Shown here: piece by piece, positions 15,830 through 32,308 of the stretch
Layout: the number at the start of each line of letters is the position of its first letter
Numbering within the stretch: position 1 is the stretch's first letter
Source: the human T2T-CHM13v2.0 reference genome, Homo sapiens
Assembly: GCF_009914755.1 (NCBI RefSeq)
Contig: NC_060928.1
Direction: 5' to 3' (one strand)
DNA: 64,000 nt
Notes under the pieces: generated by a model
The model's database searches: none
Told to the model about the DNA's origin: nothing
What the model saw: only the letters and a program-made list of their open reading frames with translations
Position numbers and translations under genes: made by a program

Positions 15830-17180
15830 ATGGCCTCTCAGTGTTTAAGTGAAAGGAAGAGTCATGTGTCTCTCACTTTAAATCAAAAGCTAGAAATCAT
15901 TAAGTTTAATGAGGAAGGCATGTTGAAAGCTGAGAGAGGCCGAAAACTAGGTCTCTTGCCAGTTAGCCAGGTTGTCAATGCAAAGGAAAATTTATTGAAG
16001 AAATGAAAAGTTCAACTCCTGGGAACACATGAATGATAAGGAAGTGAAACAGCCTTACTGCTTGGACAAAGCTTTAGTGGTCTGGGTAGAAGATCAAACC
16101 AGCTATACAATTTCTTTAAGCCAAAGACTAATCCAGAACAAGGGCCTAACTTGCTTCAATTCTATGAAGGTTGAATGAAGTGAGGAAGCTGCAGAAGAAA
16201 AGTATGAAGATAGCAGAAGTTGGTTCACTAGGTTTAAGGAAAGAAGCCATCTTCATAACACCAAAGTATAAAGAGAGGCAGCAGGTCCTGATGAATAAAC
16301 TACAGCAAGTTATCCAGAAGATCTAGCTAAGGTCATTGATGAAGGTGGCTACAGTGTACAATAGAATTTTCAATGGAAACAAAATGGCCTTCTATTGGAA
16401 GAAGATGCCATCTAGGACTTTCACAGCTAGTAAGAGGTCAATACTTGGCTTCAAAGCTTCAAAGAACAGGCTGACTGTCTAGTTAGGGGCTAATGCAGCT
16501 GGTTGCTTTAAGGTAAAGCCAGTGCTCATTTACCATTCCAACAGATCCTAGGGCCTTAAGAATTATGCTAAATCTACTTTGCCTGTGCTCTATAAATGGA
16601 ACAACTAAAGCCTGAATGACAACACATCTATTTACAGCAATGTCTACTGAATAATTTAAGCCCACTGTTGAGACCTACTGCTCAGGAAAAAGATTCCTTT
16701 CAAAATATTACAGCTCATGGACAACGCACCTAGTCACCCAAGAGCTCTGATGGAGATGTACAAGGAGATTAATGCTGTTTTCATGCCTGTTAACACAATA
16801 TCTATTCTGCAACCCATGGATCAAGGAGTCATTTCAACTTTCAAATCTTATTATTTAAGAATACATTTTGTAAGGCTATAGGTGCTATAGATAGTGATTC
16901 CTTTGATGAATCTAGGCAAAGTAAATTTAAAATCTTCTGAAAGGATCTACCATTTTAGATGCCATTCAGAACATTTGTGATTCATGGCAGAAGGTCAAAA
17001 TAGCAACATTAACTGGAGTTTGGAAGAAGTTGATTCCAAGCCTCATGACTGACTTGAGGGATTTAAGATGCTAGTGGAGGAAGTAACTGCAGATGTGGTA
17101 GAAGGAGCAAGAGAGCTAGAATTAGAAGAGGAGGCTGAAGGTGGGACTGAATGTCTGTAATCTCATGTTAAAATTTAATG
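15830..17180 (+). pseudogene. Decayed Tigger1 transposase ORF (TIGD1-like)
   Basis: MASQCLSERKSHVSLTLNQKLEIIK CENP-B-type HTH start; MDNAPSHP at 16717 and [16 protein letters not shown] at 16807 (pogo DDD motifs); multiple stops and frameshifts. End approximate. Confidence 0.9.
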
Positions 17181-17567
17181 TATGAGGAATTGCTTCTTAC
17201 AGATGAGCCAAGAAAGTAATTTCTTGAGACAGAATCTACTTCTGGTGAATATACTGTGAAAACTGTTGAAATGGCAACAAAAGATTTAGAATATTACATA
17301 AACTTACTTGATAAAGCAGTGGCAGGGTTTGAGAGGATTAGCTCTAATTTGCAAGAAGTTCTGCTGTGGATAAAATGCATTTCATGCTACAGAGAAATCT
17401 TTCATGAAAGGAAGAATCAATCAGTGTGGCAAACTTCATTGTTGTCTTATTTTAAGAAATAGCCACAGCCACTCCAACCTGCAGCAACCACTACCCTGAT
17501 CAATTGGCAGCCATCAACATTGAGGCAAAAAGATTAGGACTTGCTGAAGGCTCAGATGATTGTTAGC

Positions 17568-17782
17568 TTTTTTTTTTTTTTTTTTTTTTAGAGAGGGTCT
17601 TGCTCTGTTGCCCAGGCTGGAGTGCAGTGGTGCAATCATAGCTCACTGTAGCCTCCCGGAGTCAAGTGATCCTCCCACCTCAGCCTCCTGAGTAGCTGGG
17701 ATTACAAGTGTGCATTACCATACCTGGCTAATTAAAAAAAAATTTTTATCTAGACAGAGTCCCATTGTGTTGTCCAGGCTGT
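17568..17782 (-). mobile_element. 5'-truncated AluJ-type element nested in Tigger1
   Basis: PolyT start; TSD attgttagc at 17559 and 17783. Confidence 0.9.
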
Positions 17783-17863
17783 ATTGTTAGCATTTTTAAG
17801 CAATAAAATATTTTTAAATTAAGCCATGTATACTTTTAGACATCATGTATAGTGTAAACATAA

Positions 17864-18172
<309 letters not shown>

Positions 18173-18562
18173 TAACTTTTATGTGCACTAGGAAACAAAA
18201 AAAACTGTGTGACTCACTTTATTGCAAGATTCACTTTATTGCAGTGGTCTGGAACTGAACCCGCGATATCTGTAAGGTATGTCTGTATATCATACCCTTC
18301 CTGGGCAATACGAACAGGCTGACCTAATTCCTTCTAATGCTGAGTGGATTCTATCGAATGGATATGGCATAATTAATTTAACCCCTGCTTCTTAATGGAC
18401 CTTTCAGATCTTTCCAGTTCTTTTTTTGCTGTTGTGAATAATGTAGCAATGGAAATTCTTGCATATCTTGACTACTTGTGTAGACACATCAGTACAACGT
18501 GTTGAAAGAATTGGAATTGCTGGATTAAAAGGTCTCCGCATTTAAAAGTTTAATAGATACTG

Positions 18563-19670
18563 GCAAGGACTTAAAGGATGGAGTGGTGCAAGGGGTCCCC
18601 CCTAAGTACAGGAAGTAAGGGGGTATATCATTTATATAGAATTTTAAAACAGTAATAAAACCAGTGTGGGTCTGTTTTTTATTATCACCATGCGCTGGCA
18701 GTGAAAAAGTCAGAGTAAGTTCTTAATGGTGTGTACAGCTTTCACTAGAGCTTTGGGGCCAAGTTGCATCTTCAGCTTCTATGGCACAGCATAGTCCTGA
18801 GTTTAAGCTGCAGATTAGACATAAACAATGATAGCACAGTGATTGTAGAAACCCCGGAACAGAACTCGAGTTACCTCAATTCCGTTATTCTCTCAGAGTT
18901 TTGTATTTAAATTTGAAACAACAAAGGAGAATGCAAACTACAAAGTATAATTAATGCTGATTGGTAAGTGCAAGTTTTAATTCATACATGAAATATCTTA
19001 CTGAATTATTGTTATTATTTTTTAGAGACAGGGTCTCACTTTGTCATCCAGGCTGGAGTGCAGTGTTGTGATCATGGCTCACTGCAGCCTTGATCTCCTG
19101 GGCTCAAGCCATTCCCTGTCTCAGCCTCCTGAGTAGCTAAGGCTACAGGTACATGCTACCATGCCCAACTAATTAAAAGAACTTTTTGGTAGAGATGTTT
19201 GTTCATTTTTGTTTTTTGTTTGTTTGTTTTCAGACAGTCTCACTTTGTCACCTAGGCTGGAGTGCACTGGCGAAATCGGCTCACTGCAACCTCCACCTCC
19301 CAGGTTCAAGTGATTCTCATATCTCAGCCTCCCAAGTAGCTGGACTTACAGGCATGCACCACCACACCCGGCTAATCTTGCTGTGTTTCCCAGGCTGGTC
19401 TCAAACTCCTGGCCTTGAGCAATCCTCCTGCCTCGGCCTTCCAAAGTTCTGGGATTATAGATGTCGGCCAGTACACCTGACCTGAATGATTTTTTTAAAG
19501 TTCAATTAAAAAAAAAAGTAACTTGTTTCTTTTAAAGCTAAAGAAGGAATAAAAAATAAACAGTCTGTTCCTGATTCTTACGCATTGCTAGGAAAATAAT
19601 TTTGTCACCTAGAGGAGAGAGGTTGATAGATGATCAGTTGTGGGTGTCAAATACACGAAGGACGCCGCTG
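18563..19670 (+). mobile_element. hAT-Tip100 DNA transposon (MER97-like) interrupted by Alus
   Basis: aataaaaccagtgtgggtctgttttttattatcaccatgcgctggca and terminal gggtgtcaaatacacgaaggacgccgctg resemble the recalled MER97 consensus. Confidence 0.55.
19015..19480 (-). mobile_element. Nested antisense Alus (AluJ interrupted by a right-arm Alu piece)
   Basis: Two consecutive right arms followed by the resumed left arm. Confidence 0.85.
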
Positions 19671-19929
19671 GATTCTGTTCAAGTGCGCTCTGCAAAGATG
19701 GTGGTCTTCTGCTCATCAAATGGTGTGTGAGAGTGTCTGACTGAGGAAGAATCTTTAAAATGCTGTAAGAAATCAGGCTTGTAGTAAGAAGGAAATCACC
19801 CACCAGCAGAAAAATGTATTTCCGGCCTTTCTTCCTCACCCTCTGCCACTGTTTTAGGATTGCTCAGTTTCATCAAGGTTTGAAGGATAGGCAGGCTCTC
19901 ACTAAGAGAGAGGTAGGGAGAGGGGAGGT

Positions 19930-20150
19930 AGAGACCTATGAATGGGCTCAGAGGCTGGACTGCCAGAGTCTGAACCCCAGCATCTCTTCTCATTAGCTTG
20001 TCATCTTGGACAAGGTACTTTACTTCTCTGTGCCCTAGTTCCCCCAGCTGTAAAAATGAGACAAAAATGATATTGACCACATGCAGTCTTGTTGTAATGA
20101 TTAAAGGAGGTAATTTTTATAAAGCACTTCAAACAGCGTCTGGCAAACGT
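19930..20150 (+). mobile_element. MIR
   Basis: ttacttctctgtgccctagttccccagctgtaaaaatg core. Confidence 0.75.
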
Positions 20151-20342
20151 GTTTATTGTTATCCTTATCTGCTAAGGGCCAGGCATTCATCTAGGCATGG
20201 GAGATAGATTCTTTTCAGTTGCCTTAAAAAAAAAATCCTGCAAACGATGCATGATTAATTCACATTTTGCAGTTGTAGTTATGTGACTTGCCCAAGGTTA
20301 TACTGCTGCTCAGCAAGGGAGATGAAAATCTAACCGTGACTG

Positions 20343-20655
<313 letters not shown>

Positions 20656-20973
20656 ATATCTAACCGTGACTGTCAACTCCACAACATGGGCCCTTTGCAA
20701 ACAATTGCATATCGGCAGCCTTACACACTGAAACTAAAACTAAATCACCTCACTCCTTCCAGTGCTCTGGGCTGCATATCCAGAACAAATTATTAAATGC
20801 CTTGACTTCTTTTATAGCTTAAGCAATCTGCAAGTTAAGGGGTTATCCTACTTCTAGAGAATGCTGGAAAGCTTAATGATTTCTCCTAAAAAGAGATGAT
20901 CCATCTCGAAGGAAGTGGATGAGAAAGGGAACAGGTGTTTAAAAAGTATTTTTATATTAAAACTGGGAGCTGT

Positions 20974-21295
20974 GGCTGGGTGTGGTGGCTCACGCCTGTA
21001 ATCTCAGCACTTTGGGAGGCCAAGGCAGGTGGATCACTTGAGGTCAGGAGTTCGAGACCAGCCTGGCCAACATGGCGAAATCCCGTTTCTACTAAAAATA
21101 CAAAAATTATCCGGGTGTGGTGGTGCATGCCTGTAATTCCAGCTACTCGGGAGGCTGAGACACGAGAATCACTTGAACCTGAGAGGTGGAGGTTGCAGTG
21201 AGCCGATCTCGCCACTGCACTCCAGCCTGGGTGACAGTGAGACTCTGAAAACAAGCAAACAAAAAACAAAAACAAAAACAAACAAACAAAAAACA
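20974..21295 (+). mobile_element. AluS
   Basis: Full dimer with (CAAA)n tail. Confidence 0.95.
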
Positions 21296-21779
21296 TTGAC
21301 AGCTACCTTTTGAGTAAAAAGCCATCAGTACACAATAAAATCTTTCTGTGGGAAAAAGGCAAAGAAATAAAGGTTGCTACTGTGTGAATAATTTGGCATG
21401 TCTATCTAGCTATATGAGCATTGTGCTTAAAATATTAAGGAAATTAAGTATGGGCTATACAATGTAGGCATAATGTGTATCTGAAAAAATCCTGTGTAGA
21501 TGGAAAGTGTGCTGACTCAGCTGGTTCAGTTTCTGGGCCTCGTGTGGGCCCCCAGCAGCTTAACCACTTCTCTCAAGTCCTTGGTTTCCTCATGGGAGAA
21601 ATGAGTATGTTGAATTAGATGACCTTTCAGGCATCTCATCATGCTGAGTTTTTTTTCCGCAGCAGGGAACATGCTACTTTACATTCTGTTTAGGGTTTGC
21701 TCAGTGAAGGGGGAGTACCAGGAATCTGGGGAATTCCCAGAATACCTGGGCACTATATATATATATATATTTGCAACAC

Positions 21780-22500
21780 ATTTAATCATAAAAGATTAAT
21801 ATCCTTAATCTCTAAAAGGATTTTAAAAGTCATTAAGAAACAATGACCGTCTTGCTGGAAAAGTAGGTAAAACTGATGACTTACAAAAGAAAAAATATAT
21901 GTTGTCAAGAAACAGATGAGCAAATTTTAATCTTCACCAGTTGTAAATGAAATGCAAATGAAAACAAGTCAAACTTGCAAATATTATACCCAGTGAGAGT
22001 TGATAGAGAGATGCAGTGATAGGCCCATACATGGAATATAAATTGGTTCAATTTTTTATCTCTTCTGTTCCAGCAGTTGCTCTCATATCTATTTATCCTA
22101 AAGAAATAATCATATATTTATATTAAAAATATTCACTCAATGTTGCTATAGTGAAAATAAGGAATTATTAAACTATCCAACAGTAGGCAATTGGTTAAAT
22201 AAATGATGCTATATTTACATAATGAAATTTTATGCAGCCATTTTCTATGTCAAGAATCTTGACATAGAATGTTAAATTAAGACCTAAATGTTAAATTAAG
22301 AAAAACAAGATGCCAAACTGCATATAAAGTATGGTATTCTTAGTTTTGGAAAAAAATGATGCACTGAATAAAAAACCCCAGAAAAATGTATGCTAATATT
22401 TTACAGCTTTTGGTTCTAGGTGGTAACTGATTTTTATCTTCTTTGGATCAGTGTTTTCGAAATGTTCTATAATGTGTATGTACTACTTTTATAATCAGAA
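21780..22500 (+). mobile_element. Ancient L1 (L1ME-like) 3' fragment
   Basis: A-rich; gaaatgcaaatgaaaacaa, tatccaacagtaggcaattggttaaataaatg, and ttttataatcagaaaa are typical of L1M 3' ends. Confidence 0.65.
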
Positions 22501-23454
22501 AATAGGATATATAGAAATGGTCTGGAAAAAATGAGGAGAGAAGTTACAATAGGGAGGTCATCTTCAATCTGTTTGGACCAGCAAGTAAAAGCAGGAAATG
22601 CTGTCCACCACCAATGGCTTAAATATGTGTGTTGGATGGTGGTGGTGGTTGGTGGTTCTGGGGTTGGGGATGGGGGGAACCTTGGGATGTGATGGTTTTC
22701 TTAGTCAGAGATGGTGCTTTACAGCTGGGAAGTATCTTGAACTTGGTGGAGGTCTATCCAGACATCAGGCAGATTTCATATTTTCACAGACAAAGGCTAC
22801 GTTTACGTCTAAGGGGAAAACACAAAATACTAAGATAGAAACCTCCAAAGCCCCCTCACCTTTTCAGACAACAAGAACCCCCAGGGCAGAGGGTCTTCCT
22901 CACTCTCAGAGTTACTTTGACTTCTCATCTGGTTTCGTGTGGGTAATGCATTTTCACTCTTGAGTTTCTTTTCTTTTTAAGGTATTTTCATTATGACGTT
23001 TGTTCTTTTGCAAAGAGCTAATTCTGCAGAATTCTACCCAGGGAGGGCCGAGGGAAGTTAGTGAAGGTAACGATACCAGTTAGAAAGTTGAGTTTGGGTC
23101 ATCTCAGGGGCCTCCTTTGGCCTCCTTTGGCTTATGTTCTAGAGATGGCCCTTACTTCCCAGGAATAGATAGTGATGTCTTACTGAGTTGCAGGTAGAGT
23201 CTGTATTGAAGCGCAAGATTTTCTTCCCTGACTTGTCTGGGAATCCTTACCCAGGACTGTGGCTTTCCTCTTCCATATCCCTCCACCAGGAGGCAGGCTC
23301 TAAGCCTCTGTGCTGTCATCCTTTTGCCACTTCCATGAACATGCCTTCAAATACTTGAAAAAGTCACTATAGCGTAAAGTATACTTTTCTCTTTTGGTGA
23401 TGCTTTTCTGCATTTTCTCTATAACCAGAGAGTAAGAATAAAACTACAGCTTGG

Positions 23455-23899
<445 letters not shown>

Positions 23900-24152
23900 T
23901 TATCCATTGTTTTTGCTTGTTTTCTGGAATAATATAAAATAAATCCCTGACATCTTATTGATTTTCCTCATCAATACATCAACATCTCTATCAGATAAGG
24001 GCCTTAAAATACAATTGACAAATTGATTGATAAATAAGGACCTGACAATACAGTTATCACCTAACAAAATTAGCAATAGTTCTTAAATGTCATCTAATAC
24101 CCAGGCCATATTCATATTTATTTGAATATCTAAAAGAATATAAAAAGGACTT

Positions 24153-24760
<608 letters not shown>

Positions 24761-26304
24761 CTCAGCCTGGACTTTTAAAACTCTTATGAGTAAGAAGAAA
24801 GAAGAGGTGGCTTGGGGCTGAGGATAGCTATGAACAGCTGTGATTCAGGAGGCAGAATTATTCAGCTTTGCTCATCTCCTTTGCAAGGAGGAGAGAATGA
24901 AACAGACCTTTAAAAGGGAATCAGAAGTTGGAGTTAGTGCTTCTAGGAATTGTAAACGAATTCAGCAGTGTAGACCTAGAAAAATTTTCAGAGTCACTGA
25001 TAGGGATTCACAGAAATTTTCTGTAGCTTCAAGGGACCAGCCCAGCCTTTTTGTTCCCTTCTGAGACCACATTAAAAAGACAAAACAACATACAGGAAGC
25101 ACTTCTTCAAAACTGCGCAAATAGCACATGCGTATCGTGGACACATTTTTAAATGCACTTAAGCAAGGAGAAGAAAATGGGAATCACATACAACCCCAGG
25201 ACCCAGAGACAAGCCAGTGGGCACCACTCTAGACATTTTCACAGCTCTGGAATCTCCTGTACAGGCCATTTTGAAACCTGCCATTTTGAAACCTGCTTTC
25301 CACCCATTTAGCTTAGGAAGCCTTTTCCTGTGTCTGTGAATAGACCCGTACGATGTTATGTTAATGGATTTCAATATAGGAGCAAATTGGTTTGTGCAAG
25401 ACCCACCTATTCTTAGGTGATTTTTTTTTTTTTTTTTTTTGCTATACATAACATAGAAGAGAACATGTTTCTAGCTAAAGATTTCATGTCAAAGCTCATG
25501 GGAGAGGAAGATGACCCTGGCTACCCCACTTCTCTTCCCCTTCATTCAGTAAACGATAGCCTTGTCATATGACGGCAGCCTGTGGCTCTCCTGAAAGCGC
25601 TCTGTCTCTTCAGCAGGCCCCCCAGTGGGAAACACCCACCTCTTCATGGATCTCACAGATCTGTCTCTCTCCTCTGGTGCTGCCTATGTTTGCCAGCAGC
25701 TTCTCCCAGGCCCCCAGGCCTACAGCCTCAGAATCACCTTGTTTCAGGCCTGCGTGTCAGTTCCGCCTCGTGGATGTTGCTGGGGCTTCTCTCCCTCTTT
25801 CTTGTCTCACAGCATCTGCTCTGGATAAAGTCATCCTTGATCCCAACGGCAGGAGCCTCCCACTTGCCTCTTTGGTCTTTCCCACCTGCAATCCAGCCTA
25901 ACCTGCCACAAGAATGAGCTTCCTACAGCCCAGCTTGATCTCCCATTCTGGGCTCCGCCTTTTAGCCCAACTGAGCTGCCTCTCACCCTTCTAGGTGCCC
26001 TAGGTTTTTCCTTCATTGCTCATGTTTCTCTTTCTTCTCTGTGCATCTCAAGCTCAGTGGTTTTAAGGGTCATGTTCTAATACCATGGCCTCCACAAAGC
26101 CTTCCTTGATTCCTGCTAGTTGCAGGTAGCACCTTTTTCCCTTTGTTGGCACTTTATTTGTTCCTCCCTCAGATCCTTGCTGAAGTTTATGTCTGGTGTT
26201 GCCATTAGACTGTAAGTTTTTTTGAAGGCAGAAGCTGTGTTTTCTTTAACTTGGCTTCAATGCCTGACACAGAGTAGGTGCTCAAAGAGGTTAGTAACAT
26301 TTAA

Positions 26305-26690
<386 letters not shown>

Positions 26691-26749
26691 TAATTGGCTG
26701 TTAACCGATTTTAACTGGAGTCAGCTGGAGCTAATAGTGTGCTGTGGCT

Positions 26750-27100
26750 GCTGATGAGCAGAAGGCAACCTTGGATTGTATAAAATCACAGGCTCATCTC
26801 CCATAATCCCTCCACCGGCCACTTCCTGCTCCCCACTGAGCAGCCCACAGTGCAACCTCCCTGAACTTCTTCTACTTCCCCAAATCAAACATGTATTTTC
26901 ATGCCCCTGGGCCTTTGCACATGCTTCTCCCCACCCCCAAAGCCTTTCTTCTCTGTTGCTTATCAAAATCTTACTCATCCTACAGATCAGCTGTCACCTT
27001 TTAAATGCGGGGCTCCCAAATCACCACTCCTTTCTCCCGTCTTGAGAATTAATGCTCCCTCTCCTGTGTGTCTGTAGTACTGGTTCATATCATCATCATC
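26750..27100 (+). mobile_element. L2 fragment
   Basis: gggcctttgcacatgct...cttactcatcctacagatcagctgtcacct is L2 3'-region-like. Confidence 0.65.
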
Positions 27101-27650
27101 ATAGCAGCTACTATTTGCTAGTACCTGTTTTGTTCCAGGCACTGTTTTAGGCTCATGACATACACTAGCTCAGAACCATCTTACGACAACCCCTCAAGGT
27201 AAATTATAATAATGGTAAATACTTCTACGGTACTCACTCTGTGCCAGGCACTATTCAATGTGGTTTACATGCACTACCCATTTAATTCTGTACAACCACC
27301 TTGTAAGGTAGGTATCATTATTTTATTTTAATTTTTATTATTAAAAATAATACCATCAACCAACTCACACCAGGTAGGCACCATTATTATTGCCTATTTA
27401 CAATTAGGGAAGAGGGGCTTAGAGAAGTTAAGTGACCTTTATGAGATCACATAGCCAGTGGGGCTGAAAGGCAGTATGGTTCCAGAGTCCGTGCTGTAGA
27501 CACTATGCATAGTTGACTTTGTTGTCAAAGGAACCGAAGGTCAGAGACGTTAAGTAATTGCCCCAAGGTCACACATTTAAGTGGCAGACATTGGAGCCAA
27601 ACCCAAGCCTGCCTGACCCCAGGTCTACGTGCCCCTTCTTACTCTGAACT
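27100..27650 (-). mobile_element. MIR cluster
   Basis: Several gaagttaagtgacct and gttaagtaattgccccaaggtcacac cores. Confidence 0.7.
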
Positions 27651-27663
27651 ACCTTTCTGTCTA

Positions 27664-28152
<489 letters not shown>

Positions 28153-28837
28153 CTTTATAGCATCGTGACATTATAGAATGATTAGATAGGCATGATTTGC
28201 CTTTTTGCTCTCTTTTTCCTAGAACAGTTCAGCTCAGGCCCCAAACATGGATACCCAACTGAGAAAACACGAGTCCTTTGGTAAACAAGATCCACATTCC
28301 CTAAAAGAAGTTCAGAGACCACGTGTCCTTCCCTGAGCACACCTCTTGGGGTTGCACCCTCAACTCCAAGCAGTTTTTCAGGCTATTCCAACTATTTTGA
28401 GAAAAGAAGTAGGAAATGCATTTCCCCATCACTTTAGTTTTGAGATGAGTTTCTAAGGGTGCTCTGGGCGGTTGCCTAGCTGGCTAGTCTTGTATTTGAC
28501 TCTGAAATTGAACCGGACTAAGAACTCTAGACCTCAGGCAACGATTCCTTGATTGTGCTCCTGGGAGTGGAAGAGACCAGTCAGGGCAGAGTTGCTGGAC
28601 CAGAGGAGGGGAAGGGGACCACGGTCCCGGTGTGGTTGGGGACCAGAGGGCAGGACACACGGCTCAGAGAGGCTTCAGAGCTTAATATGTTGAAATAATA
28701 AAAGGCTTCAGGACTTGGCAATGTTTTGTTTTAATTCAACTATAAAGGGGTTTAATATGCTTCAGGCTTAGGAACATAAATACTGCTTAACATTTTTTAT
28801 TCTGGTGAACTTATGTTAAAAGTTGCAAATCAGCATC

Positions 28838-28977
28838 TTTTTTTTTTTTTTTTTTTTGTAGAAACAGGGTCTTGCTATGTTGCCCAGGCTGGCATTGAAC
28901 TCCTGGCCTCAAGTGGTCCTTCCACATCAGCCTCCCAAAGCACTGGGATTACAAATGTGAGCCACTGTGCCTGGCCA
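28838..28977 (-). mobile_element. FLAM Alu monomer
   Basis: PolyT plus left monomer only. Confidence 0.88.
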
Positions 28978-29387
28978 AGCAAACCAGCATCTTGCAAACA
29001 AACTTTCAGAACAAAATCTGTTTCAAACAGAGATGATCTATGTATGAAAGTACACTGACTTAAAAATGATTTCTTTCTGTGGTTTTGAGAGAAAATCTAG
29101 TGATTATTTGTAGCAATTAGCAACACAGTAGGGGGAATTATTAAGATAGGATTCAGATTGGTGAAATAAATTCTTGCAAGTAAAACTTAAGATAAAATGC
29201 CACTTGAGAAGATGTTCACCACAAAGGTGGTAACCTTATTTTTAAAAATGCTTTTTATTGAAGTTTTATCTACATACAGGAAAGTGAACACCACGTGGGT
29301 ATACAGCTTGGTGGATTTTCACAAACTGCACACACTTGTGGAACCAGCATCCAGATCAGGAAGCAACAGATGTCCTTTAAAACATCA

Positions 29388-29715
<328 letters not shown>

Positions 29716-29784
29716 GCAAGAACTGGTTTATTTTCAGGAAGAGAATAGGAGTAGAGACCTGGTCTGAAGAGCTGGGTACAACCT

Positions 29785-30180
<396 letters not shown>

Positions 30181-30511
30181 TTACAGTGTGTGTTGGTGAC
30201 ACTTGGAGCTGCCAATGCTTTGAAGTCAGACTCTAGTTGGGTCTAACTTTGCCTCTGCCATTCCTTGCTGTGTGACTGTGGCCAAGATTGCCAACCTCTT
30301 GAAGCCTCTGTGATTGTGACATGATAATCTCTAAAATACAGCATCTCTTGTTCACGATTATTTCCTCAGAACCTGTTACAGTGCCTGCCATACAGGACAC
30401 CCTAAGTAAATGTCTTTTTTAAAGGACATGAATAAAACAATTAATAAATAATATGTGCAAAGTACTCAGTATAGTACTTGGAAGATGTTCAATAAATGTA
30501 AAATCAAGTCA

Positions 30512-30900
<389 letters not shown>

Positions 30901-31253
30901 TTACGTATATAAAGTTATATCTCTGCACATACACTTATGTACACATATATAGCTAATTATGGTGAAATACGGAACTAACCCAAAGACAGTGAGGAATAGG
31001 TGTGCAGTTAGGAATTGTCGAAACCGTGGAAATCTATTTAGCTGAAATCTAGCCAGTGTGTAGACAATGTTGAAATTTTAAAAAGCTTAAATCTGAAAAA
31101 TATTTAGAAGATATATACAAGTGTCTATTTGTTAGATAGTGAAAACTAGTAAGGTTTTGGAGTGAAAAAGTTTAGAGATGGTTACACCTTTTTTTTCTAA
31201 AGTTGCTTAAGGTTTTTGGAATTGCTTCCCTTTCCCCACAAGAACAAAGCACT

Positions 31254-31599
<346 letters not shown>

Positions 31600-32254
31600 T
31601 CATCCATCCTGAGAAAGGCCTGCTTTTGCTGTGATGTCCCTGCTAGGCTATGAAGGGGCTATTGAAGGTGCTGGCTAGAGATGGGTTGCTGAGGAGCATG
31701 GTGACTTCCTGGCCATTTAATTGTGTTAGATTCATGGTGGAATCAATTTTCTTAGTGAACGAATCAGCTGCTACCAGCACAGGTCCTTTGTCCAAAGCTC
31801 CTTGAGGAGGATGACATTTAGATGTATTCTCTGTAATTGATAGGCCATCCCCAACTGGTGATGGACGCATATTTTTAAAAAAAGACAGCTGAGGATTCCA
31901 TCAGCATTTTGAAGTAAGCTACCTCCACCAAAGCCCAGCTAACTTCAAACCTGCAATAATAACAATCGGTTAATAATAGTCATAATTTCACTTTAGCTCT
32001 ATATTATGATGTATTGTTCTAAAAAGACTTTCTCGCAAAACCAAGAAGAGAGCATTTCCAAATGTACAAAGTATTGTAAAAGTACAAACGGAAATTATTT
32101 CTGTATTGTTATCATTTCCACCTGATCCGTATGAGCTCACAGTGAAGAGGGCAGGGCAAATCTGATTCCATTTTACAACTGAGAAGACGAGCCATTTCAT
32201 CAGAGTGGTGGTTTCCATGTCAAATGTACATAGAGGTATTTTGGGAACACAGCA

Positions 32255-32308
32255 GGGGGCATCTGATCTGGCGGGGGCATCTGATCTGGCGGGGGCATCT
32301 GATCTGGC
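32255..32308. repeat. Perfect tandem repeat, 3 x 18 bp (gggggcatctgatctggc)
   Basis: Copies at 32255, 32273 and 32291. Confidence 0.97.

Noticed and set aside
15635-17462. Intact or domesticated transposase gene
   Set aside because: Stop at 16004-16006, many further stops and frameshifts, and the first catalytic Asp motif is lost.
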